IMG/VR virus record: IMGVR_UViG_3300025282_000024
DNA from: a virus
Length of the DNA: 64,000 nt
Direction: 5' to 3' (one strand)
Position numbers and translations under genes: made by a program. The notes under the pieces are model-generated. The model made no database searches and had not been told where the DNA came from. It was given only the letters and a program-made list of their open reading frames with translations. This document shows positions 1 to 8,364 of the stretch, piece by piece; the first letter of the stretch is position 1, and every line of letters starts with the position of its first letter.

Positions 1-1229
1 CGGTCAATCTCTAGAGCAATTTGCTCAGAAAGAATCGACGTAAGCTCGACCTCCGCATCAAGATTATGATAAGCATTAAGATCTTGACCAAGTTCGGGGC
101 TCCACTTTGCCTTGAGCTTTTTGGTGATCGCCGTGACGGACACGGAATCGACCTTCAAGTCAATCTCAGGAATACCGACATTGTTTTCCAATCCCCAGCT
201 ATCTCTACCAACTACAGCACCAATTGCATTAGTGGTACCAGCAGCAGGTGTACCTGCAAAATCATCCGTAATGGGCCAAGAGAAATTGCAGCCAGCGACC
301 GCTTGCATTGAAGCGCTGACGGTTGCACCTGAACCTCCGCCTGTTTCCAAGCCGACCACACGCAGCACTCTGTCACTAGTAGTACCCGAAAGGGTCGTCA
401 AGCGGCGCGCCTGTTGCGCCGTAGCATCGAACATGCCGGCGCCGGCGTTGGTGATGGTGCCCGAAACCACAAAAGCAATCAAATCAGTAAAATTAAATTG
501 ACCTTGATCCCCCGTGGCAAGCAGAGTATAGTCCGCGATGGCGAAACTCGTACCAGTTCCGGCCGCGCCGGAGACCAATGCGGGATCCCATTGAAGCGTT
601 CGGTTAATATCAGCTACTGTCATCGTGGTTAATGCGTCAGCAGCGTCGAGTACCGCAGTACCAGCGCCCCAGGTTCCGGAAGCAATGATTGCACAGCCCG
701 CGGTGTCGTTGGGGCGAAGAACGGCCGAACCAGTTGGGGACGAGTATCCATTGTTCAAATTATAAAAACTCAACGAAGAATTCGCACCAGTAAGATCAAC
801 ACCGCCAGTGATAGCCTGACCAACTCGACCTCCACCATAGAGTGAGGTATTTTGATTCTGAGCCAGGCGGAATGCGTTAGCGTCCGCGCCAGGCGCAAAC
901 GTGAAATCCATAAAGAAAATGAGTCCCGATGGGAGACTCATAGGTTGAACACTAACGAGTTCATTGGCGATTAATCCGCCGAAAACACGACGAACAATTG
1001 GGAACGCAACGGCTGCAAAGCCCTCAACGTCTCCGGCGGCCATCGTGGAAGCCTCACGAAGAAGCTCCTTTGCTTGGTTCTCAAGAAGACGAGACATATT
1101 CTGTTTCGCAGTCTCCGAGCCAAGACCTTCTAGAAGTCCGGTTTTACCCCACTTGTTAAGTAAAGCATCTCCTTCCTTTTTCATATCGCGTTTAACGATA
1201 CCTTCTGTTAATTTTTGAAGTATAGACAT
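1..1229 (-). CDS. gp23: Major capsid protein, T4 gp23-like (3' end runs off the window)
   Basis: Not in the ORF track because the frame stays open to the edge. Manual translation from ATG at 1229 gives MSILQKLTEG...KWGKTGLLEGL...MSRLLENQAKELLREA...AFPIVRRVFGGLIANELVSVQPMSLPSGLIFFMDF...IPEIDLKVDSVSVTAITKKLKAKWSPELGQDLNAYHNLDAEVELTSILSEQIALEID, which are gp23 hallmark motifs. SD AGGAGG lies upstream. Confidence 0.97.
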   Translation of the reverse strand, partial: MSILQKLTEGIVKRDMKKEGDALLNKWGKTGLLEGLGSETAKQNMSRLLENQAKELLREASTMAAGDVEGFAAVAFPIVRRVFGGLIANELVSVQPMSLPSGLIFFMDFTFAPGADANAFRLAQNQNTSLYGGGRVGQAITGGVDLTGANSSLSFYNLNNGYSSPTGSAVLRPNDTAGCAIIASGTWGAGTAVLDAADALTTMTVADINRTLQWDPALVSGAAGTGTSFAIADYTLLATGDQGQFNFTDLIAFVVSGTITNAGAGMFDATAQQARRLTTLSGTTSDRVLRVVGLETGGGSGATVSASMQAVAGCNFSWPITDDFAGTPAAGTTNAIGAVVGRDSWGLENNVGIPEIDLKVDSVSVTAITKKLKAKWSPELGQDLNAYHNLDAEVELTSILSEQIALEID

Positions 1230-1267
1230 TGTTTTTTCTCCTCCTTTATATGTAATGAAATTAAAAT

Positions 1268-2653
1268 CTAGTCTTTAATCCCGGCAAGAGCTTTCATTCT
1301 CACCGTAAAGGGATCTACCCTTTTTTCCTCTTTACGAGGCATAAAGGCTGAAGAGCGTTTAGTCACAACTTCGTTCAGTGATTTTGGCTTACGACTAAGC
1401 GTATTAGCTCCCACTGCACTTTGAAGAGTTTCATATATAATTTTTGCTTCTTCAACTGTTTTTGCATTCATAATAGTTTCGACAATTCTATCTTTTTGTC
1501 GCTCATTCAACGAGGCGCTATCTAGAACACGGTTCTGGTATAACAACTTAGCATTTGTTAAGTTGGTTTCATTAAGCTTATCTTTAAGCTTATTAATGAC
1601 TGTGCCATATTTTTGTAATTTTTCCTCCAACAAACGGACTTTTTTGTTGAGTGTTTTTTGTTCTGTAATGAGAGTTTTATTCTTTGATTTTAAAGAGCGG
1701 CTCTCCTGTTGAAGCTGGACACTCTCATATGCCTCATATGCTTCATACATAGCATCTGGCGTGTCGTCTTCTTCCAGAGTATCCTTTTTGAAGTGGCCCT
1801 CATACGTATCATCGTCGTCATCTCCCTTGAGGCCCGACATGCCGGTATTTTTATCAGCCTCTTCTTCTAGGGTCTCATCAGCTTCTTCAAATATTTCGTC
1901 ACTCTCTTCTAAGAGAATATCCTTAATCATCTGGACGAGATTTTTTCCCTCCTTGACGTAATCTTTACCTTTGCCGGTATCAGACTTATCTCCCTTCCGC
2001 GATCCATCATCATGGGTGCCTTTGTCTGTTTTAGAATCTTCACCTGCTTTCCAGGTATAGTCTTTTTCGCCCCGATGAGTTTTAGACTCATCGCCCTTCC
2101 GCGATCCATCATCATGGGTGCCTTTGTCTGTTTTAGAATCTTCACCTGCTTTCCAGGTATAGTCTTTTTCGCCCCGATGAGTTTTAGACTCATCGCCCTG
2201 AGAGGCGCCTGTTCTTCCTGCTCCCGTCTCTTCGAGAGTTTCTTCCAATTCTTCTTCATCTAACACAAATTCTTCCTCCAAATATGCTGGATCTACGTCA
2301 TCTTCTTCTAACTGATGCCTAATTGACTCTTCTAATCTATCCAGATCAATGCTAACAAACGTGTCATTAGATGTAGTTGACGCATAAGGCAATTGATCAA
2401 CCACAAATTTGCCATTGTCTTTGGTGTTTTTAGGGGCTTCCAGGTCGACTGTTGGCGCGGCAGGTTCTGTGGGGGGAGCAGCACCAAAAAGGTCATCCAT
2501 TCCCTCCATTCCTTCCTCTTGTTCCAGAATCATATCAACAGCTTGCTTAATGTCCTTCGAAAAATGTTCTACAATCTTCTCTTCTGCGCTTTGGCGGGCT
2601 GCCTCTTTTAATGATTCAGCATCGACAATAGCCTGCTCTAACATGTGGGACAT
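1268..2653 (-). CDS. Prohead core scaffolding protein (gp22-like)
   Basis: Highly acidic 461-aa protein with a C-terminal coiled coil (LNETNLTNAKLLYQN) ending RMKALAGIK, located immediately upstream of the capsid gene; SD AAGGAG. Confidence 0.8.
   Translation of the reverse strand: MSHMLEQAIVDAESLKEAARQSAEEKIVEHFSKDIKQAVDMILEQEEGMEGMDDLFGAAPPTEPAAPTVDLEAPKNTKDNGKFVVDQLPYASTTSNDTFVSIDLDRLEESIRHQLEEDDVDPAYLEEEFVLDEEELEETLEETGAGRTGASQGDESKTHRGEKDYTWKAGEDSKTDKGTHDDGSRKGDESKTHRGEKDYTWKAGEDSKTDKGTHDDGSRKGDKSDTGKGKDYVKEGKNLVQMIKDILLEESDEIFEEADETLEEEADKNTGMSGLKGDDDDDTYEGHFKKDTLEEDDTPDAMYEAYEAYESVQLQQESRSLKSKNKTLITEQKTLNKKVRLLEEKLQKYGTVINKLKDKLNETNLTNAKLLYQNRVLDSASLNERQKDRIVETIMNAKTVEEAKIIYETLQSAVGANTLSRKPKSLNEVVTKRSSAFMPRKEEKRVDPFTVRMKALAGIKD
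1992..2199. repeat. Perfect 102-bp in-frame tandem duplication inside the scaffold gene
   Basis: 1992-2097 recurs at +102 nt and encodes GDESKTHRGEKDYTWKAGEDSKTDKGTHDDGSRK twice, followed by a degenerate third start GDKSDTGKGKDY. Confidence 0.97.
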
Positions 2654-2685
2654 AGTTCGCTCCTTTTAAAAACGGTTTTCCATCA

Positions 2686-2693
2686 ATAATTAG
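2686..2693 (-). promoter_or_regulatory. Candidate late promoter motif CTAATTAT upstream of scaffold and capsid genes
   Basis: One of seven intergenic CTANTTA(T/A) matches upstream of structural genes. Confidence 0.55.
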
Positions 2694-2746
2694 TAGACCA
2701 TAGGTGAAAATGCCCTTTTTATTGTTGAATGTTTAAAGACAAACAT

Positions 2747-3169
2747 TTAATCCGTAAGACCGGAACCCGTCAAAGCATACATCCGCTCTGTAGCGATGTT
2801 TGTTAAAGAGCCGTAAACTATAAAACCACTAGTGGCATTTAAAGAGTGGATCCATATTTCTTTACATTTAACATCAAAGGTGAAAGTCGTTCCCGCGGCG
2901 GAAATACCTAGGAGATGTCTCCCCGTGATGACGCCGGCGTCTGATCCAGTTGAATTAAAAGTGATACCAATCGCAGGATTAGAACCAGAGGCCATGACAG
3001 TTACTGATTTGGTAACAAATGGAAATACAACTTGTTTTTCTTCGCCGGCGTACATGGCGCCCGAACCGGTTAAATAGGGGTGTCCGGAAGCCTGATAAGA
3101 CCCAACATTTCTTAAACCAACTCCATGCGCTGGATAACTAATAAATTTACTATCATCAATCTCTGCCAT
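2747..3169 (-). CDS. Hypothetical virion (probably head-associated) beta-rich protein, 140 aa
   Basis: Strong SD AGGAAGGAG; lies in the head module; rich in TGS/SGS motifs. Confidence 0.7.
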   Translation of the reverse strand: MAEIDDSKFISYPAHGVGLRNVGSYQASGHPYLTGSGAMYAGEEKQVVFPFVTKSVTVMASGSNPAIGITFNSTGSDAGVITGRHLLGISAAGTTFTFDVKCKEIWIHSLNATSGFIVYGSLTNIATERMYALTGSGLTD

Positions 3170-3184
3170 TTTTTTCTCCTTCCT

Positions 3185-3192
3185 TTAATTAG
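3185..3192 (-). promoter_or_regulatory. Candidate late promoter motif CTAATTAA
   Basis: Matches CTANTTA(T/A); overlaps the bS21 stop codon and sits directly before the SD of the 140-aa gene. Confidence 0.4.
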
Positions 3193-3416
3193 TTGCCTGA
3201 TTCTTTAATCTTTTGATTATGAAGCTTTTCTAAAACCTTTTTTCTTCGCGCTTTTTGTCGGCGCCTTTTGTCAGAGGGCTTTTGATACCTCATATGTTCC
3301 CTATAAAGATCAAGAATTTTACTATTCTTTACTTTTTTCATGAATCTCTTGATCATCGTTCCCGGGTGTTCTTTTTTATTTCTTGGTCGAACCTCTACAT
3401 TAATTACTTTTCCCAT
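3189..3416 (-). CDS. rpsU: 30S ribosomal protein bS21 homolog (likely start ATG 3416; ORF track starts at GTG 3425)
   Basis: VEVRPRNKKEHPGTMIKRFMKKVKNSKILDLYREHMRYQKPSDKRRRQKARRKK matches the bS21 pattern (KRF.KKV...IL...R....Y.KPS..RR followed by a basic helix). Confidence 0.88.
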   Translation of the reverse strand: MGKVINVEVRPRNKKEHPGTMIKRFMKKVKNSKILDLYREHMRYQKPSDKRRRQKARRKKVLEKLHNQKIKESGN

Positions 3417-3427
3417 ATTATCCACCC

Positions 3428-3871
3428 TTAAATTAATTTATTCCACTTTGTATTGCTCAAAGCCATGATACCTGAAATATCTACTCCGGGATCGCCGGGA
3501 TCGACATCCGAAAGAGGACTATGATTCGGGGCGTTGTTCAAATCGCCTCCCGCTGACAACGGTTCAACGCCTTCAAATATTTCTGTTCCAAATCCAGCAG
3601 CATCTAAAACTTTTCGTTTGTGTTCCTTTAACATTCTTCTCTTCTCTTCATCAAATTCCGCCCTTTGTTGCTCCAAAAATTCTTCTCGATGGGCTGGCGC
3701 GCCGGGCTCAGGTTTTTGTGCTGCACCATGGTATGTTTCTGTTAAGAGAGGCTTAAATCCAGCTATAACTTCAGAAATAATACTAGATAAAACACCCTCT
3801 TCCAATAAAGCTTCTTTAACACATTGTTTAACCAACGGTTTAAGGATTTGTTTTAATTCTGATTTTTTCAT
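3428..3871 (-). CDS. Hypothetical head-module protein, 147 aa
   Basis: Tightly packed ORF; N-terminus MKKSELKQILKPLVKQCVKEALLEE contains L-x-E motifs like T4 gp21 substrates. Confidence 0.7.
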   Translation of the reverse strand: MKKSELKQILKPLVKQCVKEALLEEGVLSSIISEVIAGFKPLLTETYHGAAQKPEPGAPAHREEFLEQQRAEFDEEKRRMLKEHKRKVLDAAGFGTEIFEGVEPLSAGGDLNNAPNHSPLSDVDPGDPGVDISGIMALSNTKWNKLI

Positions 3872-3874
3872 TTA

Positions 3875-4510
3875 TCACCTTGTAAAAATATTATTTAGTG
3901 CGCGGTTAATCCTATCACCTTTTGTAAAGATTTTTGACAAACCTTTTCCTAAGCCTTCGTACATCTTAACTTTTTGGTCTAGTATATAGGCGTTTGGAGC
4001 AGAAGGCTCACTTACAGCATCAAAACATATTAACTGAAGATCATCTTGAACCATTTGTGCTCCGGAGCCTTTTGGGCACGGGCCCAAGGATCCTAGGGCC
4101 CTAGAAGAAAAGCCAAACTTGACGCCGCTGTTATAAAGGCCCTCCAAAATACCGCCGGAAGGCGTTTTTAAACATTGTATAATCCCATTAACATCATCGC
4201 CCTCCCACCAAATTCTAACAACTTTGTGAGATGCATTTTTAAGATTAATCACACTATCATCTGGATGGTCACATTCGCCAATTGCTCTTCCTTCGCTCAC
4301 CATCTTGGCATAATTTTCAATTTCCCTTTCTAAGACTGGTCGGCCATAGACACGGCCGTTCCCATTTTGCACATCGCATTGTTGTAGTTTTGCTGGAAAC
4401 AGCAAAAACCCATTGTTGATTAGCTTTTTTTCACCTTCGTTTAAAAGGTCTTTACATCCGCGTTCATCACATTTTAACTCGTAGTACTCTCTTAAAAGCG
4501 TCTTTGACAT
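3875..4510 (-). CDS. gp21: Prohead core protease (T4 gp21-like)
   Basis: NGNGRVY, AIGECDHP, NASH, GFSSRALGS and FDAVSEPS motifs. Confidence 0.95.
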   Translation of the reverse strand: MSKTLLREYYELKCDERGCKDLLNEGEKKLINNGFLLFPAKLQQCDVQNGNGRVYGRPVLEREIENYAKMVSEGRAIGECDHPDDSVINLKNASHKVVRIWWEGDDVNGIIQCLKTPSGGILEGLYNSGVKFGFSSRALGSLGPCPKGSGAQMVQDDLQLICFDAVSEPSAPNAYILDQKVKMYEGLGKGLSKIFTKGDRINRALNNIFTR

Positions 4511-4518
4511 TATATTTT

Positions 4519-4605
4519 TTACCTTTTTGCGGCTGCTAACCGCTTGATACTAGACCCGCTACAGCAGCGCCGAACGGGTTGTAATTTCCATTTCTTAATC
4601 AACAT
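4519..4605 (-). CDS. Small ORF, 28 aa (MLIKKWKLQPVRRCCSGSSIKRLAAAKR), below the ORF-track cutoff
   Basis: ATG at 4605 with SD AAGGAG just upstream and TAA at 4519-4521; fills the gap between the membrane-protein and protease genes. Confidence 0.55.
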   Translation of the reverse strand: MLIKKWKLQPVRRCCSGSSIKRLAAAKR

Positions 4606-4924
4606 TACAATCTCCTTCATTTTTATAAGTTATTTTAAACCCAAAATCATTCACTAAAACACCTAACAAATAACTAGTACCAGAACTTAAAGATCCCAGT
4701 ATTAACCCATTTGTGACACTATATCCAAAGGTAAATAGTTCCGTATACTCATTAATTCCAAACAAAAACACCCCAACCCAAAAGCCCATACACATGGGAC
4801 AATGGAACAACATGCCTAGGCCCCCTAGGGCGTTTTTCGATGGGCGAACCTTATTAAAAATCGACCCAAAAATTAGTATTTGAGTCATCCCATACGCAGC
4901 AAGAACAAAATATAATAAATCCAT
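4595..4924 (-). CDS. Small membrane protein with CPMCxGFW motif (DUF1360-like)
   Basis: Three hydrophobic segments and LFHCPMCMGFWVG. Confidence 0.65.
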   Translation of the reverse strand: MDLLYFVLAAYGMTQILIFGSIFNKVRPSKNALGGLGMLFHCPMCMGFWVGVFLFGINEYTELFTFGYSVTNGLILGSLSSGTSYLLGVLVNDFGFKITYKNEGDCNVD

Positions 4925-4941
4925 TTAGGCCTTTTTAATTA

Positions 4942-5547
4942 TTAAAATCCGCCGCGGCCGAAAAGACCATATTGGGCTGGGTACCCTGTATATTGATTAA
5001 TGGTACCTTGGTGCGGTTCATGAGGCACTTCACCAAGCTCAGTTGAATCTTTGTCATTAGGATCAAGAAGATCTTTTTCAAAGTCAATTTCGTATTTTTG
5101 AACTGCAAGGTAGTGGGGCTTTTCTTCTAAAAGAAACGCAACAACTGTATATAAAGACATTTGAATTGGATCAACCTTGGCTGGTTCCAACGGTACCAGA
5201 AGTGTCCCCTCCAGTGAGCCAAACACATTTCCGCCATGCACAGAAGAAGGGTCTACTACTCCACTTCTAGTTAGATGTTCGAACAATCTAGATTGAGTTG
5301 CATATACATGATCACCATATTGATTTTTGGAAAGCGCCAAAACTTTGTTTTGAGAAGGTGATAAAACAATATCTATCTCAGGGTGGTCAATTATTAATAT
5401 ATTGCCGTCCATTGTTTTTCTAGCTTTTAAATTAACTTTTGCAGCAATTGGATTTTCAACTGTGACTTTGAAACTAGCAACGGGTGGAGGGGGTACATCT
5501 AGTGTAAAACCCTTATTATCAACTATTTTTACAGTGATATCAGCCAT
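4942..5547 (-). CDS. Hypothetical protein, 201 aa
   Basis: ORF abuts the upstream gene with no gap; no recognised motif. Confidence 0.7.
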   Translation of the reverse strand: MADITVKIVDNKGFTLDVPPPPVASFKVTVENPIAAKVNLKARKTMDGNILIIDHPEIDIVLSPSQNKVLALSKNQYGDHVYATQSRLFEHLTRSGVVDPSSVHGGNVFGSLEGTLLVPLEPAKVDPIQMSLYTVVAFLLEEKPHYLAVQKYEIDFEKDLLDPNDKDSTELGEVPHEPHQGTINQYTGYPAQYGLFGRGGF

Positions 5548-6363
5548 TTAGCTTTGTACCTCTTTAACAACTAATTGAACTTTTAAAATAGATTGTAACA
5601 TATCTTTGTCTATGGGCTTCGTGCTAAAAGATTCTAAAAGTGCCGCGAGCTTTCCCATCTTTTCTTTCATTATACTGTCATTTTTTAGCTCTTCCAAGCC
5701 ATATGACTTTTTTACAACTTCTTTCAGTCTATAAATTTCTTCGTTTAAATACATTTTTAAATCTACACCATTGTCCAAAAATGAAAGAATATACTTATTG
5801 AGTAAAGTTTTTTGACTTTCTGTTAATGTTGCACCATATTGAGAATTAAATCGGCCGATAAATTTACTCACAACTAAATTATTTATTTTATCATTTTTAG
5901 CCATGGCTTTTGTTCTGTTGGCAATCTTAGACAGAATCCTTTCTTCCAAGAGGACGCGATGCTTGATATTAACATCTTCTCCAAATATTTGAGAAATGGT
6001 TGCAATGTCTTTATAGTTTGGAACAAAATTAGAAAACACAGATTTTGATATCTCTTTGTTTATTTTCTTAATAAGCGCGCTTTGCTCAGAAAAAATCTTT
6101 TTTTCATCTAATTTCTGATATTCTTTCTTTGTTTCTTGAATCAGCTTCTCTCCTATTCTAGAAGAGACGCCCTTTGTTTCCAATAGTGTTTTGAAAAGTC
6201 TCAACTCTTTTCCAATTTCACTTTTAGCAGTAAATGTTTCTTTTATAATCGCAATTACTTTATCTCTAACATCAGTATTTTTGTTTATAGTGCGCTTTAC
6301 AACCTCACGAACCAATGCCTCATAAAGAAAAGCTGTATTTCTCTTTTTATTATGTCTCGACAT
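5548..6363 (-). CDS. Hypothetical helical protein downstream of the portal, 271 aa
   Basis: Overlaps the portal stop; N-terminus HNKKRNTAFLYEALVRE. Confidence 0.75.
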   Translation of the reverse strand: MSRHNKKRNTAFLYEALVREVVKRTINKNTDVRDKVIAIIKETFTAKSEIGKELRLFKTLLETKGVSSRIGEKLIQETKKEYQKLDEKKIFSEQSALIKKINKEISKSVFSNFVPNYKDIATISQIFGEDVNIKHRVLLEERILSKIANRTKAMAKNDKINNLVVSKFIGRFNSQYGATLTESQKTLLNKYILSFLDNGVDLKMYLNEEIYRLKEVVKKSYGLEELKNDSIMKEKMGKLAALLESFSTKPIDKDMLQSILKVQLVVKEVQS

Positions 6364-8359
6364 TATCTTTGCTCTCCAAGCTGCTTATTAAATTTCTTAC
6401 TGTAGTATTCGTTTCAAACAATTTTTGTTCTTCGTCATTATAATTAGTCTCTTTAGACTCATAAATACCTTTTCCAAGCCCAAGCATTTCCTCTGCGCCA
6501 TCAGGCAAGTTCATCCGCAACTGTCTCTTGGGTAGCGTAGCAAATTCATGGCCATCTTTTGCTTTCATATTTCTCTTTCTAGCTCCACTTTGGCGCTTAT
6601 CAGCAGGAGTCGGGGTATACCACCCTTTTGATCTCTTTGACTTTGTTTGCTTAACTCCCCCAAAGGCGCTTCTTTTGACTTTTGCCTTAACCCATGCAGA
6701 ATCATCATCACGCTTGCCCGGGGCGGCTAATAAGGAGGTGTCCGCGTCGCCTTCTTCAGTCGTGGGCGGTGCCTCTTCTTCACCTCCCATCTCTAAATCC
6801 ATTTCGCCACCTAAATCGTCCTCCATGCCGCCGCCCATGTCAGCCAATTCTTCGCCGCCGAGGGCGCCCATATCACCTCCTCCGGGGCCCATGGCTTCTT
6901 GTCCTAACAGTTCTATAGACTGAGCAAAATATTTATCGTAATAAAGTTCTCTTTGATTTCGTAGGAATTCCTCCTCAGACATGTCAAACAGATTTCGAGC
7001 AATCCAGCGCTTGCTAAAATATCCCTCCGCAGCTTGGCCAGCGACACTAAATTTAGTATTCCAGTGTTCTAGTTCTTGAAGCTCGGAAATTTTAGATGGA
7101 TTGTTCAATTTAATTTTAAACGACAACAAATCATCTCCTCTATATCCTATAGTATAAAGATGAATAATACCAACCTTTTCTAGCTCAGTTGTAACGGATC
7201 TTTGAAGTCTCTGAATGGTTCTAGCAAATCTAATATCTTTTTGGGCCAAAGTAGCTTTGTCTTCATCAGCACCTTCTGAGCGAGACAGATAAGATGCTGG
7301 CACTTTAAGCGCTGAAAACAATTTATCTCTTAAATATTTAACATCGTCAATATCTCCGGTATAGGTGCCCCCTGGTAAACTTACAATTTCTGTGCCCACA
7401 CCTCCGCGAGTGGGGATAAAATAATCTTCCTCAATAGACATTGGGTTGTATCTTAAGTCAACCCTTCCTGTATCTTGATCAACAATTTGATTGCGTTTCA
7501 TCGAGGTGATAACACGCTGCATGTATTGCTCGACATCTTGGGGAGGGATATTCCCAACATCAACTTTAAACACCCTACGTTCTGGCGCTCTCACAATTCT
7601 ATATGCCATCATTGCATCTTCTAAAAGAATAAGCTGACGCCAGATTCTTCTCGCTGAATCTAAAACCGACGTCCCATATGGAGCGAACTTATCATTGCCA
7701 AGTATTCTAAAGTGTCCCATTTGCCAGTTTTCGAAAGTGACACCGCCGGAATTCCATTGATATTGTACATAATTTGGATTTGTTTTGTCTTCGCCCTCTA
7801 ATCTTTCTATTTGGTCGGTAGGAAGTCCAATAACTTGTTTGATTCCCGTGTTCGCATCAATGTCTAAATAAAGATAAAAATCTCCGTACTTACACATTGT
7901 ACGACACCAACCAAATAAATTAAATTCTATATTTAAAACATTAAAATATAAGGTATCTAAAATTCCTTTTATCTCTTCGTCATGACAATCAACATCAATT
8001 ATCTTTTTTATGCCAGTGTGTGTTGTCATTTCATCAGCGTAAATATCTAACGAAGAAGCAATTTCAGGCGTGTACTCCATTTGATCAAAATCCGAATATC
8101 TCTGCAGTCTAGACTGCGTACCCATCATATATGAAGAAAAATTATCAAAAGGATTATATCCAATTCTTTCAAATTTTTGACCCGCAACATCCTTAAAGGT
8201 GGTTGCATATTTGTCTAATCGGTTGCGCCTTAGTTGTCGAGTATTCTGAGACCGGTAATTAATCAAAGGTCCAGAGAATAATTTTGTTAATCTTCTGTAT
8301 AAATTTGAATCTGGATTTTTTGGGTTTTTGGTGCTTTTTACTTTTTGACTTGGATCCAT
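6350..8359 (-). CDS. gp20: Portal vertex protein (T4 gp20-like)
   Basis: LEDAMMAYRIVRAPERRVFKVDVGN, EDYFIPTRGG, GDIDDVKY and LKVPASYL motifs. Confidence 0.97.
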   Translation of the reverse strand: MDPSQKVKSTKNPKNPDSNLYRRLTKLFSGPLINYRSQNTRQLRRNRLDKYATTFKDVAGQKFERIGYNPFDNFSSYMMGTQSRLQRYSDFDQMEYTPEIASSLDIYADEMTTHTGIKKIIDVDCHDEEIKGILDTLYFNVLNIEFNLFGWCRTMCKYGDFYLYLDIDANTGIKQVIGLPTDQIERLEGEDKTNPNYVQYQWNSGGVTFENWQMGHFRILGNDKFAPYGTSVLDSARRIWRQLILLEDAMMAYRIVRAPERRVFKVDVGNIPPQDVEQYMQRVITSMKRNQIVDQDTGRVDLRYNPMSIEEDYFIPTRGGVGTEIVSLPGGTYTGDIDDVKYLRDKLFSALKVPASYLSRSEGADEDKATLAQKDIRFARTIQRLQRSVTTELEKVGIIHLYTIGYRGDDLLSFKIKLNNPSKISELQELEHWNTKFSVAGQAAEGYFSKRWIARNLFDMSEEEFLRNQRELYYDKYFAQSIELLGQEAMGPGGGDMGALGGEELADMGGGMEDDLGGEMDLEMGGEEEAPPTTEEGDADTSLLAAPGKRDDDSAWVKAKVKRSAFGGVKQTKSKRSKGWYTPTPADKRQSGARKRNMKAKDGHEFATLPKRQLRMNLPDGAEEMLGLGKGIYESKETNYNDEEQKLFETNTTVRNLISSLESKDNVET

Positions 8360-8364
8360 CTATT

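Noticed and set aside
1992-2199. 102-bp repeat as a CRISPR array or DGR template/variable repeat
   Set aside because: The copies are adjacent, identical and in frame, with no spacers and no adenine-specific mismatches; no reverse transcriptase or cas gene is in the window.
4528-4543. GCGG-N7-CCGC hairpin as a terminator
   Set aside because: The stem is short, has no U tract on the coding strand and lies within the 28-aa ORF.
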